DNA of 61,365 nucleotides, filler included, from Candidatus Aminicenantales bacterium (GTDB lineage: Bacteria; Acidobacteriota; Aminicenantia; Aminicenantales; Saccharicenantaceae): NCBI GenBank assembly GCA_049512315.1. It is 5 parts of 4 records of this genome, joined end to end, with 100 filler letters (N's around TTAATTAATTAA, not from the genome) between each part and the next. Parts side by side here need not be neighbours in the genome. Positions count along the whole stretch, not along the records: positions 17,294 to 47,472 come from JBEKXF010000011.1; positions 47,573 to 49,564 come from JBEKXF010000011.1; positions 49,665 to 61,365 come from JBEKXF010000014.1; 2 more parts are not named here. One strand, written 5' to 3'. Positions 43,165-52,797 of the stretch are shown in pieces; the first letter of the stretch is position 1; each line of letters begins with the position of its first letter. The position numbers and the translations under genes are program-made. The notes under the pieces are model-generated. The model did not search any database, was not told where the DNA came from, and saw only the letters and a list, made by a program, of their open reading frames with translations.

Positions 43165-44487
43165 ATGGCGAAGATCCTGTTGCTCGATTTCGACGACTCA
43201 GACAGGGGGCACCTCGTCGCGGAAAAATATGACGTGGAGCTGAGGTCCACGGGGTGGCGCTCGGGAAAAGAGGAACCTCTCGATATCCCCGCCGAGAGCG
43301 AGATCGTTTTCTACCACGTGAACGGCCGGGGCGGCGACGGCCGTAGCCAGCTCCACGCGGAAGTCCAAGAAGCGCTGTCCCGCCGCGTCGAGGGAGGCGC
43401 CAGGGTCGTCTGCTTCATCAGCGGCGGCGAGGTCTATCAGCTGACGAACATCGTCGGCCCCCTCGAGCGTCTCCAGCTCCAGGATGTCGCCCGGCCCGAT
43501 TCGATCCTTTTTAGTCCCCGGGCCCTTTTCCACGTCCCCTTCGAGAGGTTCAAGCCCTTCATCTCCAAGGCGTACAAGCTCTTGCCCGAGGCGGCCGGCG
43601 AAGGGATCTGGGAGAAGGCGTCCGGGCCTGAGGGCAAGCTCGAGATTCTGGCCAAGAGCGCCGACGGCTATCCCGTGTCCCTCCTGATGGGGAAGGGCAA
43701 GGGGTCCGTCCTCCTGCTCCCTTCTTTTGGCCCCAAGAATGTCGAGATCATCGACTACATCCTCAAGGACAAGACTCCGTTCACGGCCGAGCCAGTGGCC
43801 GAGACGGGCGCCGGCCCGTGGATCGAACACGAGGACTACCTCTTCCCGGACCTGAAGGGTCTCTTCGTTAGGAAGGAGGAGGAAAAGCACCGCCACGAGC
43901 TGGCCCTCGCCGAGATCGACCGTGAGATCCGGGAGATGAAGGCCGGCGGCCAGGATGAGTACCACAAGCTCCTCACGGCCGAAGGGACCGACCTCAGCAA
44001 GGCCGTTGTCAACGCCCTCCGCTATCTCGGCTGGGGCAAGGTCGTGGACGTCAACAACTACTGGAAAAAAGTCATCCGGAACAAAGAAGAGGACGTCTGG
44101 CTGATCGAAAACGACGGCCCCTCCGTCGAAGCCAACCTCCGCAAGGAAAGCCTGATCCTCGTCCTTGTCCGGGCCGGCAAGGCCTGGGCCACGGACGACG
44201 AGTGCGCCCTTCTCCAAAAGTACAAGGGGAGGAGGATGCAGGAGTTCGACAACACCCGGATGAAAGCCGTCCTCATCGGCAACTATTTCTCCGCGACCGA
44301 CGCCAAGGCCCGGAGCAACCCGTTCTCGGCCGTCCAGATCGAGGAGGCCCAGAAGGACGGAAACGGACTCCTGACGAGCTACGAGCTGTTCAAGGCCATT
44401 AAGGCCGAAAAAGAAAGCCGGATCACCAAGGCCGACGTCCGCAGCGAGATCCGCGATAAGACCGGACTCGTCACCATCGACTACTAA
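43165..44487 (+). CDS. Hypothetical protein (coiled coil plus possible restriction-endonuclease-like C-terminal domain)
   Basis: 440-aa ORF with strong RBS AAAGGAG and high-GC3 codon bias. Confidence 0.8.
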   Translation: MAKILLLDFDDSDRGHLVAEKYDVELRSTGWRSGKEEPLDIPAESEIVFYHVNGRGGDGRSQLHAEVQEALSRRVEGGARVVCFISGGEVYQLTNIVGPLERLQLQDVARPDSILFSPRALFHVPFERFKPFISKAYKLLPEAAGEGIWEKASGPEGKLEILAKSADGYPVSLLMGKGKGSVLLLPSFGPKNVEIIDYILKDKTPFTAEPVAETGAGPWIEHEDYLFPDLKGLFVRKEEEKHRHELALAEIDREIREMKAGGQDEYHKLLTAEGTDLSKAVVNALRYLGWGKVVDVNNYWKKVIRNKEEDVWLIENDGPSVEANLRKESLILVLVRAGKAWATDDECALLQKYKGRRMQEFDNTRMKAVLIGNYFSATDAKARSNPFSAVQIEEAQKDGNGLLTSYELFKAIKAEKESRITKADVRSEIRDKTGLVTIDY

Positions 44488-44573
44488 CGCCCCGATCGCC
44501 CCACAGGCTTCAAAGACGGTTTGACTTAGCTTCCTTCCTAAGCCATAATCGGCAGCGTCCCAGGAGGAATCCG

Positions 44574-45050
44574 ATGCCCAAAGCCCTTGTTTCCTATTAT
44601 TCCCGGACCGGGAATACCAAGAAGATGGCGGTCCGGATCGCTGAGGTCCTCGAGTCCCAAGGCCTCTCGGTGGACCTGAAAAAGGTTGAAGACACGGCGC
44701 CGGCCGAACTCCTCGGCTACGACTGCATCGTCCTCGGGTCCCCGACCTACTACGGCTCGATGGCCTGGGAATTGAAGAAGCTTCTCGACGAGAGCGTCAA
44801 GTTCCACGGGAAGCTCCGGGGGAAGGTCGGCGGGGCTTTCACCTCCTCGGCCAACATCGGAGGCGGCAACGAGACGACGGTCCTCGATATCCTCCAGGCG
44901 CTCCTCATTCACGGCATGGTCGTCCGGGGGGACCACCGGTTCGACCACTACGGCCCGGTCTCGATCGGCCGGCCCGACAAGAGGTCGCTCGACTGTTGCG
45001 AAGCCCACGCCATGAACCTGGCCGCCCTGACGAAGAAGCTCTTCCCTTAA
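44574..45050 (+). CDS. Flavodoxin-like NAD(P)H-dependent oxidoreductase (WrbA-like)
   Basis: YYSRTGNT, GSPTYYG, GKVGGAF, GGNETT; promoter TTGACT-17-CATAAT at 44521-44549. Confidence 0.9.
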   Translation: MPKALVSYYSRTGNTKKMAVRIAEVLESQGLSVDLKKVEDTAPAELLGYDCIVLGSPTYYGSMAWELKKLLDESVKFHGKLRGKVGGAFTSSANIGGGNETTVLDILQALLIHGMVVRGDHRFDHYGPVSIGRPDKRSLDCCEAHAMNLAALTKKLFP

Positions 45051-45138
45051 GGCCCAGGCGCCCCGCCTTGATATTTGGCCTTTCCCTAGATAGGATTCCC
45101 TTCCGCGAGCGAGACCCGATGACGCAAGGAGCCTTCCG

Positions 45139-45450
45139 GTGAACCTCACCTGGATCGACTGGAGCATCGTGGCCGTCGTCTTCGCCTTCATCATCGGCGT
45201 CGTCATCGTCAGCAGGACGCTGATGCGGAGCGTCTCGGACTTCCTTGCCGCCGGCCGCACGGGCGGGCGCTACCTGATCAGCCTGTCCCAGGGCACGGCC
45301 TCCCTCGGGGCCATCACCATCGTCGGCATGCTCGAGATGAACTACATCGCCGGCTTCAACATGCGCTGGTGGGAGATGGTCATGGCCGTCGTGGTCGTGG
45401 GCATCAGCGTCTCCGGCTGGGTCCTCTACCGCTTCCGGCAGACCCGGGCC
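45139..45450 (+). pseudogene. Sodium:solute symporter, N-terminal fragment
   Basis: IDW.IV...SVSDFLAAGRTGGRYL...YRFRQTRA, then homology stops. Confidence 0.8.
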
Positions 45451-45701
45451 GGGTCGTCGGCCGGTGCCGCGGCAACATCCTCGAGCCGCGGGAACCCTAC
45501 GAGCTTGCAGGTCAGGTGCCGAATGTCGTCTTTCCCTCGGGGATGATCGTCGAAGAGCTCGACCCCGAAGGCTATGCGCTCCCCTCGAGCCCGGTCAAGG
45601 TCTATTACGGCGCGGCCGACACCGCGGTCGGCCTGGCCGTCACGACGGTCGGGGAGCTCCTCGAGGCCGCGACCGAGAGCGACATCCCCTTATCGGTTTG
45701 A
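45441..45701 (+). pseudogene. GH130-like glycosidase/phosphorylase, C-terminal fragment
   Basis: DPGRVVGR...ILEPREPYE..GQVPNVVFPSG...VYYGAADTAVGLA. Confidence 0.8.
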
Positions 45702-45761
45702 CCCCGTGGTTCGATTGTGTTAAAAAATAGGGCGAATATTTTTTGACCCACGGAGAGAGGA

Positions 45762-46418
45762 ATGAAGAGAACCGAGAGACACCACCTCAAAGAAGACGAA
45801 ATGCGCACCGGCCTGAACTGGTTCATCCATTTTTACGAATCGTGGCAAAAGGAGATCCTGATCGCCGCCGGCGTCATCGTCTTCGCGGCCCTCGTCTTCA
45901 TGGCCCTGCTTCTCGTCAGGTTCCATGCCCAGGGCGTCCAGAGCCGGGCCATCGGCGAGGTTGTCAGCCTCAGCCAGGACCTCCAGACAAAGCCCGAAAA
46001 CCTGGCCAAGCTCGAGGCCCTCTCCGGCCGCGGCGCCGGCGCCCGGCTGGCCTGCCTGGAGCTCGCCGCCTATTGGGCCGGGCAGGGCGATGATGCCAAG
46101 GCGGAGTCCTATCTCGGCCGGATCCCTGCCGCCCCCAAGGACCTCCTCCACTACCAGGCCGAGGACCTCAAGGCCCAGACGCTCATCAGGAAGAAGGAAT
46201 TCGATAAGGCGATAACGATCTACCGGAAGATCCAGGATGAAAAGCCGAAAGCCTACCCGCTCGACGCCGTCCTCTTCCACCTCGCCGAAGCCTATGAACT
46301 GAAGGGGCAGAAGAAAGAGGCCCTGGACCTCTACACCAAGCTCCAGTCGGAATACTCCCAGACCTATTACGGATACGAGGCCTCCATGAAGGCCGGTCGC
46401 CTGGCCCTGCAGAAGTAG
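45762..46418 (+). CDS. Membrane-anchored TPR protein (YfgM-like)
   Basis: ERHHLKEDE N-terminus, one TM, TPR-like helices. Confidence 0.8.
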   Translation: MKRTERHHLKEDEMRTGLNWFIHFYESWQKEILIAAGVIVFAALVFMALLLVRFHAQGVQSRAIGEVVSLSQDLQTKPENLAKLEALSGRGAGARLACLELAAYWAGQGDDAKAESYLGRIPAAPKDLLHYQAEDLKAQTLIRKKEFDKAITIYRKIQDEKPKAYPLDAVLFHLAEAYELKGQKKEALDLYTKLQSEYSQTYYGYEASMKAGRLALQK

Positions 46419-46458
46419 GGGGGAAGGCTTGTAAATAGCCCGGAATGGGATATAATGA

Positions 46459-46734
<276 letters not shown>

Positions 46735-46759
46735 CCGTCTTTTTTCATTTCGCCAGATC

Positions 46760-46792
46760 GAGGAGTGAAGGCCTTTCACTCCTCTTTTTTTT
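46760..46792 (+). terminator. Rho-independent terminator
   Basis: GAGGAGTGAA/TTCACTCCTC stem followed by T8. Confidence 0.8.
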
Positions 46793-46795
46793 AGG

Positions 46796-47472
46796 ATGAA
46801 CATGGAAGGATCACCGGGCCGGACCTCCCGGAAGCCCTGGCTGAACGGCGTCCTTTTTTTCCTGACCCTCGTTTCGACGTTTTCGCTGGGGGTCCTCTTG
46901 AGCCTCTCCTACGTCTATCCGGATTCGCCCGGCCCCGCTCCAGGGCCGAAGCCCGACCTCGGGTCTATCCTGGAACCGCGGATCCTCATTCTCGCGGGAC
47001 TCTACGCGGCCGTCCTGATGATCATCCTGACTGCCCATGAGCTCGGCCATTACCTGACCTGCCGCCGTTATGGGATCGAGGCGACCCTGCCCTATTTCAT
47101 CCCCGGGCCGACCCTCATCGGCACGTTCGGGGCGTTCATCAGGATCCAGTCGCCCGTCAATTTGAAGCGGCAGTGGTTCGATATCGGGGCCGCGGGCCCG
47201 CTGGCCGGCTTCATCCTCACGGTGCCGGCGCTTTTCGTCGGGCTGGCCCTCTCCAAGGTCGTGCCCGCCGCGGCGAGCGAAGGCGCCATCGCTCTGGGCG
47301 AGCCCCTCCTCCTCAAGCTCGGGAGCGCCGTTTTCTTCAGGCATGTTCCCGCGGGGTCCAGCGTCGTCCTCCACCCGGTCGCGTTCGCCGGCTGGGCGGG
47401 GCTGCTCGTCACCTTCATCAACTTGTTTCCCTTGGGTCAGCTGGACGGCGGGCACGTGGCCTACGCTCTGCT
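46796..47472 (+). CDS. Site-2 protease (M50), truncated by contig end
   Basis: HELGH, AGPLAG, NLFPLGQLDGGH. Confidence 0.92.
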
Positions 47473-47572
47473 NNNNNNNNNNNNNNNNNNNNNNNNNNNN
47501 NNNNNNNNNNNNNNNNTTAATTAATTAANNNNNNNNNNNNNNNNNNNNNNNNNNNNNNNNNNNNNNNNNNNN
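47473..47572. other. Artificial contig linker
   Basis: N-run with TTAATTAATTAA. Confidence 0.98.
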
Positions 47573-47726
47573 TTTTCGCTCAGCCGGAACCTTTACCGGA
47601 ACGCCGGGCAGAGAGCCGCCCGCGGGGAAGCGGCGGCAAAGGCCTGGCTGGCGGATTTCAATGCGCTCGGCGGCTTTCTCCGCGTCAACCCGGCCGCCAT
47701 CCGGGAGAAATAGAAGAAGGAGACCC

Positions 47727-47954
47727 ATGCCGACCGTGAGCTTTGCCTCCGATATCAGGCCCCTCTTCCGTCCCGAAGATCTCGAGACCATGAAACCTCA
47801 TGGGCTCGACCTCTCCTCCTACCAAGGCGTGAGGCAAAACGCCGAGGCGATCTTAAGCCGGCTCGAGGCCGGGGGCATGCCCTGCGACGGGAGTTGGGCC
47901 GACGACTGGATAGAGAAATTCAGGCGGTGGATGGACGCCGGGATGCCGGCTTGA
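47727..47954 (+). CDS. Small hypothetical protein
   Basis: RBS AAGGAG; SFASDIRPLFR...DLSSY..V...A..I..RL..G.MPCDG.W......F.RWMDAG. Confidence 0.75.
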   Translation: MPTVSFASDIRPLFRPEDLETMKPHGLDLSSYQGVRQNAEAILSRLEAGGMPCDGSWADDWIEKFRRWMDAGMPA

Positions 47955-48069
47955 GGAAGCCCTCGCCGAGTTGTCTTTGATGGCCGCCGGTCATCGCCTG
48001 CTCGGCTTCCCGTCGCTTGCCTTTGAGGTCCGTTTGAGGTATAAAATGACGCACGACGAGCGTCCAGAC

Positions 48070-48146
48070 GTGCCTGTAGCTCAGCTGGATAGAGCGTTGG
48101 ACTCCGGATCCAAAGGTCGGAGGTTCGAATCCTCTCAGGCACGCCA
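48070..48146 (+). tRNA. tRNA-Arg(CCG)
   Basis: Cloverleaf: GTGCCTG/CAGGCAC acceptor, TTGGA-CT-CCG-GA-TCCAA, GGAGG-TTCGAAT-CCTCT, encoded CCA. Confidence 0.97.
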
Positions 48147-48244
48147 TTTCTAATTCGCTGAAAATCCAGAGGTTGCAGGATTCCCCGGCTTCCCGGCCAG
48201 ACTCGATTTTCCCGCCGTGTCACAGCCGTGCGTATGTTACTTTG

Positions 48245-48394
48245 CCATTTGCTACAATGGGAGGGCAGGGTAAGGTCTTCACACCGGTTCCCAAGAAGGA
48301 CTTGTGACATTTACCGCCCTGCCTTCCCCTTTCCCAGGATGGCCCATAGGATAAAGCAGCCACCTGCTTAAATACGCAATTGCCGCTGGGAAAG
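48245..48394 (+). ncRNA. Predicted bridge RNA of the IS110 element
   Basis: 5' hairpin CCATT/AATGG, then two stem/internal-loop/hairpin modules whose loop strands match the target and donor junctions. Confidence 0.75.
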
Positions 48395-48409
48395 GAACTT
48401 GAGAAAGGA

Positions 48410-49539
48410 GGTTTAGGAATCGATCCGTGCAAGGAGTTCCTCCAGCTGGCCATCCTCTCCCCGGGACGTGACGTGGAGTTCCGAAAACTCCCGCTTCTTC
48501 CTTCTATCACGGCGGAAATCGCCAAGTCAACCGACCCAAGCAGAACCCAGATCGCCATCGAGTCTTATGCCAGTTATGGGCGGCTGTTTATCCATGAGCT
48601 CCTCCAGAAGGGATACGACATCAGGGAGGTGAACCCGTCGGTCTCCAACAAGCTGGTCGACCTTTTTACGGAGGAACATAGCGACCGGCGAGACGCCGAA
48701 ACGATCGCTCGGGCGCTCCTCTTGATCCCTGACCTGCCGAGGGTATCCTTCAGTGAGGAAAAACTGTGGTTGGCAAAACTGAGCCGGCTCCGGAAGAAAC
48801 TGGTAAAGGATCTCAACGGCTATCTGAACCGGCTTCATGTCGCCTTGACAGAGAGCTACGGGGCCGTCTACAGGAAGATTTTCCGTACCCTTTGGACAGG
48901 GAAGGCGCTGACCTTTTTTGAAACCTCCCCCACCATCAACGACGCCCGGGCCCACCAACGGAAAGTCTGTAAAGTTCTGGGCGAAGAGAAGTGGGAGCTC
49001 GTCCGGCAAGCCGGTCAATGGGGAGAGAGGGATTTTACCTGGAGCTCTTGGGAAGGGAAGTCCGGTCGTTAACGCGGTTGATCCGAGTCCTCCAGGCGAC
49101 GCGGAAAGAGTTCGACGAGGAGATCAGGAGAATCGGCGAGAAGGATGAAGAGGTCCAGCGGTTGAGGACATTCCCGGGGATCGATTATGTGACGGCTTCA
49201 ACTCTTTTGGGCGAGATCGGAAACATCGAGAGGTTTGAGAACGAAAGCTGTCTCTCGTCCTACTGTGGCGTGAGTCCCGTGGTGTGGCAGAGTGGGACAT
49301 CGAAGATCAAAGCGAAACGCAGGAAGAGGTTCAGCCGGAGGCTCAAAGGCGTTCTCTACTTCATCTCCCTGTCCCAGATCAGAATCAATCCCGAATCCCG
49401 GCAGTACTACTGGCGAAAGAGACGAGAGGGCAAAACCCACTGGCAAGCCATGAATGCCCTCTCCCGGCAGCTCATCAAGATCATCTACTACATGCTCAAG
49501 AATAAGGAATCTTATTGCCGAAAGGAGGCTGTCAACTAA
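48410..49539 (+). pseudogene. IS110-family transposase/recombinase, frameshifted near 49030, start codon missing
   Basis: LGIDPCK, IAIES, HSDRRDAETIAR; second frame has TFPGID, SYCGVSPVVWQSG, ALSRQLIKIIYYML. Confidence 0.88.
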
Positions 49540-49564
49540 AATATTGACATAGGATAATGTCACA

Positions 49565-49664
49565 NNNNNNNNNNNNNNNNNNNNNNNNNNNNNNNNNNNN
49601 NNNNNNNNTTAATTAATTAANNNNNNNNNNNNNNNNNNNNNNNNNNNNNNNNNNNNNNNNNNNN
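49565..49664. other. Artificial contig linker
   Basis: N-run with TTAATTAATTAA. Confidence 0.98.
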
Positions 49665-49786
49665 TCCTTGATCCAAGTACTCCATGGCCCGCAGGCGTCG
49701 CCCTTCCAGGTACTCTGCGCTTCCGGATGGTCTCATCGATTCCCTCCGGATCAGAGTATAGGACATTTATTATGCAGGTGTCAATA
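49665..49786 (-). mobile_element. Left end of a probable IS630-family element
   Basis: TA-TTGACACCTGCATAATAAA end; TTGACA-18-TATACT; RBS GGAGG; ORF MRPSGSAEYLEGRRLRAMEYLDQG (from 49736) resembling IS630 HTH N-termini. Confidence 0.6.
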
Positions 49787-49991
49787 GTTTGGCGTCGCTG
49801 GCGCCTATTCCCGCAACCCTTTTTCTCCATTTTAGAAGGAGTTCCTTTTCTTCTTCTGATGCTATAGACATCAACTTTTCTAAACAAATAGAGGCCATTG
49901 GGTCATGAATAACTGGATTTCTATTCGCTGTCTGCACGACACGACAGAGCAATGTGTAAATTGCAGTTTGTGATACATCTGATAGGTTCAT
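49787..49991 (-). pseudogene. Class I SAM-dependent (LCM/O-) methyltransferase N-terminus, interrupted by IS
   Basis: MNLSDVSQTAIYTLLCR.......PVIHDPMA resembles LCM-type methyltransferase starts. Confidence 0.6.
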
Positions 49992-50045
49992 GATTTATCT
50001 CCCTTTCCACTATTTTGAAAGCGCCCTTGGGCGCACGTGGCGCCC

Positions 50046-50133
50046 GCCTAACTACGTAATTGGCGAATACATTTAATAGTATTGGACTTGACCTATTTAA
50101 GATCTCCTCTTCAAGCCGATTACGTAGTTCGGG
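50046..50133 (-). repeat. attC-like palindromic site
   Basis: Minus strand CCCGAAC...GTTAGGC, 88 bp, arms AACTACGTAAT(C/T)GGC 14/15 paired. Confidence 0.5.
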
Positions 50134-50470
50134 CCGGAAAAGCATGCAAGGCGATGACCTTTATTTGTAAAAGCCTCATCTGCCGCCAATCCGGTATGGC
50201 CGTCCACGCCTTTGAATTGATAGGAATTTCCTTTCTGTTATTTTCGACGCTTCGGCAAGAAATCGGGAGGTATCTTATACGGACAACATACAAGACTATT
50301 GCATCCTATGCGGATCCATCTAATATAGGGAGAGTCAGATATTCTGTGTAAACCCCTTCTTCGCATTTAAGCACGTTCACCCAAACCGTCGCCAAAACAG
50401 ATTATCAACTGGGAGTATATCATAGCCCAGTCCCTATGGCGGAAGGTCCACTTCTTCGAAGGTCCTAGGG

Positions 50471-50507
50471 TTGAAAACCTCACTTCAGAGGTGGTACATT
50501 GAGCGGA
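50471..50507 (+). promoter_or_regulatory. 37-bp repeated promoter-like module, copy 3
   Basis: TTGAAAACCTCACTTCAGAGGTGGTACATTGAGCGGA; 32/37 identical to 21549-21585. Confidence 0.6.
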
Positions 50508-50542
50508 AGCAGGTCAGACTGGCTTCGATTTTGCGTCCCCTG

Positions 50543-51988
50543 ATGAGTCCGCTTCCGGCACGAGTTCTTGTGACCGGCGCGACCGGATATGTCGGGCGGC
50601 GATTGGCCGACAGGTTCATTCGCGACGGCCTGGTTCCGGTTCGCCTTCTGGTTCGGAATCCCGCTAAGCTCGATGTCCTTTTGCGGAACTCCGCCGAGAT
50701 CGTCAAAGGAAACACTCTCGAGCCTGAGACGCTCGGCCCCGCGCTCAACAGCATAGAAACCGCCTTTTACCTTGTCCATTCGATGGGGGCCGGCGCCGTG
50801 TTTCCCGAGCTCGACAGACGGAGTGCCGAGAATTTCCGGAACGCCTGCATCCAGGCGGGCGTCAAACGGATTGTCTACCTGGGAGGGCTTGGCGAGAAGG
50901 GTACGGCCAGCCGCCACCTGCTCAGCCGGCTCGAGACGGGAGAAATCCTGAGCGCCCGGCCGGACCTTCTGCAGACGGTCTGGTTTCGGGCCGGCATCAT
51001 CATCGGCTCGGGAAGCGCCAGTTTTGAGATCATTAGAGGCCTCGTCCGCAAGCTCCCGGTCATGATCACGCCGCGATTCGTGAACACGCGAACTCAGCCC
51101 ATCGCCGTTGCGGACGTCATCCAATACCTCGTCCGGGCTGCCGGCACGTTCCCGCCCGGGAACCTCATCGTGGATATCGGAGGGGAGGCAATGACCTTCC
51201 GGGAGATGCTCCTTAGGACTTCCGCCGTCATGGGCCTCAAACGCCTTCTCATCCCGGTTCCGGTGTTCACGCCCAGGCTTTCCTCCTACTGGCTCGTCCT
51301 AATGACTCCTGTCCCCTACCGAATCGCCGGTGCCCTCGTCAATGGCTTGAAGTCCGAATCCGTCGTCCAGAATGACCTGGCCACCCGGATTTTTCCGGAC
51401 ATCAAACCAGTGAATTTCGATACCGCTGTCCGCCAGGCGATCGGAGAGGTTTCAGATAATAAGGTCGTGAGCGCCTGGTGCGACAGCAGCGCCAGAGAGG
51501 TTTGCGACGTGGAGGGGCGCGCCCGGATCGGGGACAAGGTCTTAAGGGACGAACAGTTTTTCCCATTTCAAGGCATTTCCTCCACTCGAGTTTTTAACAC
51601 TGCCCAAGCCATCGGCGGGGAGAACGGTTGGTACGCCTACAATTGGCTGTGGAAGATCAGGGGTGGCGTGGACAAGGTCCTCGGCGGGCCGGGACTCATC
51701 CGCGGGCGTCGGGACCCAAAGATGCTGCGGGTCGGAGACAGCCTGGATTTCTGGAAAGTCGTTGATCTCCGTGACGGAGAAAGGATCCTTCTTGCGAACC
51801 AGATGAAGCTCCCGGGAGAGGCCTGGCTCGAGTTCTTGATTAGGGACGATACCCTCATCCAGAAGGCCTATTTCGTTCCCCGCGGGTTATGGGGCAGGAT
51901 ATACTGGTTCCTGATGAAACCGTTCCATACCCTGATCTTTGGAGCCATGGGCCAGGCCATCCTCCGGAGGGCAAAGGGTGCCTTCTGA
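50543..51988 (+). CDS. SDR/NAD(P)-binding protein with DUF2867 (YbjT-like)
   Basis: VTGATGYVG, YLVHSM, IIGSGSASFE, IGGENGW, MKLPGEAWLEF. Confidence 0.9.
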   Translation: MSPLPARVLVTGATGYVGRRLADRFIRDGLVPVRLLVRNPAKLDVLLRNSAEIVKGNTLEPETLGPALNSIETAFYLVHSMGAGAVFPELDRRSAENFRNACIQAGVKRIVYLGGLGEKGTASRHLLSRLETGEILSARPDLLQTVWFRAGIIIGSGSASFEIIRGLVRKLPVMITPRFVNTRTQPIAVADVIQYLVRAAGTFPPGNLIVDIGGEAMTFREMLLRTSAVMGLKRLLIPVPVFTPRLSSYWLVLMTPVPYRIAGALVNGLKSESVVQNDLATRIFPDIKPVNFDTAVRQAIGEVSDNKVVSAWCDSSAREVCDVEGRARIGDKVLRDEQFFPFQGISSTRVFNTAQAIGGENGWYAYNWLWKIRGGVDKVLGGPGLIRGRRDPKMLRVGDSLDFWKVVDLRDGERILLANQMKLPGEAWLEFLIRDDTLIQKAYFVPRGLWGRIYWFLMKPFHTLIFGAMGQAILRRAKGAF

Positions 51989-52158
51989 GTCACGGTGGGC
52001 TGATCGCTCTTGAGGCGGTATGGAGGGACCTGCTCGCCGAATCCCGGTCCATTGGGAGGAACAGTTTGCCAGAAAATTCGCATTATGTCTGGACCATTCT
52101 AAAGGGATGAACTCCAATTGATATGTGTAAAATTAGTTGATATAATCAAAAAATAAAG

Positions 52159-52782
52159 ATGATCATTCCCTTTATTATAATCATAATACTTGCCCTTTGG
52201 TCATTGTGGGGATACTTTTCTTCTCGCGTTGAACATACGGATTATAATGTCATTCAAAAAATGGCGGATTATGAAATCCGAGAATATCCGGCTCATATTG
52301 TCGCTCAAACCACTGCTAAAGGAACATATCGAGAGGCTCTGAATCTTGGCTTTAGAATTGTCGCCGGCTACATTTTTGGCGGTAACACTAAAAAGCAGAC
52401 CATTGCTACTACAGCTCTTGTTACCGCACAGAGGGATATTTCAGAAAAAATATCCATGACCGCGCCGGTGCTGGCCACCACAGAAGGCGACTCGCATATT
52501 ATCTCTTTTGGTATGCCTCGTTCGTATACTTTAGAAACGTTACCCAAGCCCTTAGACCCACAGGTGGAAATTGTGCCGATACCCCTTAAGAGATTTGCGG
52601 CGCTGAAATTTTCTTGGTCTAGGGCAGATGCCAGGGTTAAGAGAATGGAAATAAAACTGCTTTCTGCGCTCGCGCGCGATAAAGTGGAGGTAGCGGGTAG
52701 CCCGGTATATGCCGGATATAATGCGCCATGGACTCCGCCTTGGATGGTCCGAAACGAGATAATGGTGGAGATAGTAAAATAA
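52159..52782 (+). CDS. SOUL-family heme-binding protein
   Basis: YEIREYP, GFRIVAGYIFGGN, ISMTAPV, AGYNAPWTPPWMVRNEI. Confidence 0.9.
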   Translation: MIIPFIIIIILALWSLWGYFSSRVEHTDYNVIQKMADYEIREYPAHIVAQTTAKGTYREALNLGFRIVAGYIFGGNTKKQTIATTALVTAQRDISEKISMTAPVLATTEGDSHIISFGMPRSYTLETLPKPLDPQVEIVPIPLKRFAALKFSWSRADARVKRMEIKLLSALARDKVEVAGSPVYAGYNAPWTPPWMVRNEIMVEIVK

Positions 52783-52797
52783 ATTGGCAAGAATATT

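Larger units (their letters stand above)
48229..49559 (+). mobile_element. IS110-type element (TG core at both junctions)
   Basis: DEDD and Tnp20-type transposase, long non-coding left end, TTGACA at right end, TG repeated at 48229-30 and 49558-59. Confidence 0.85.

Noticed and set aside
48303..49564. TGTGACATT / AATGTCACA as terminal inverted repeats of the first IS
   Set aside because: The left copy sits inside the structured left end and the right copy spans the junction; better explained as the target guide pairing with flank DNA.
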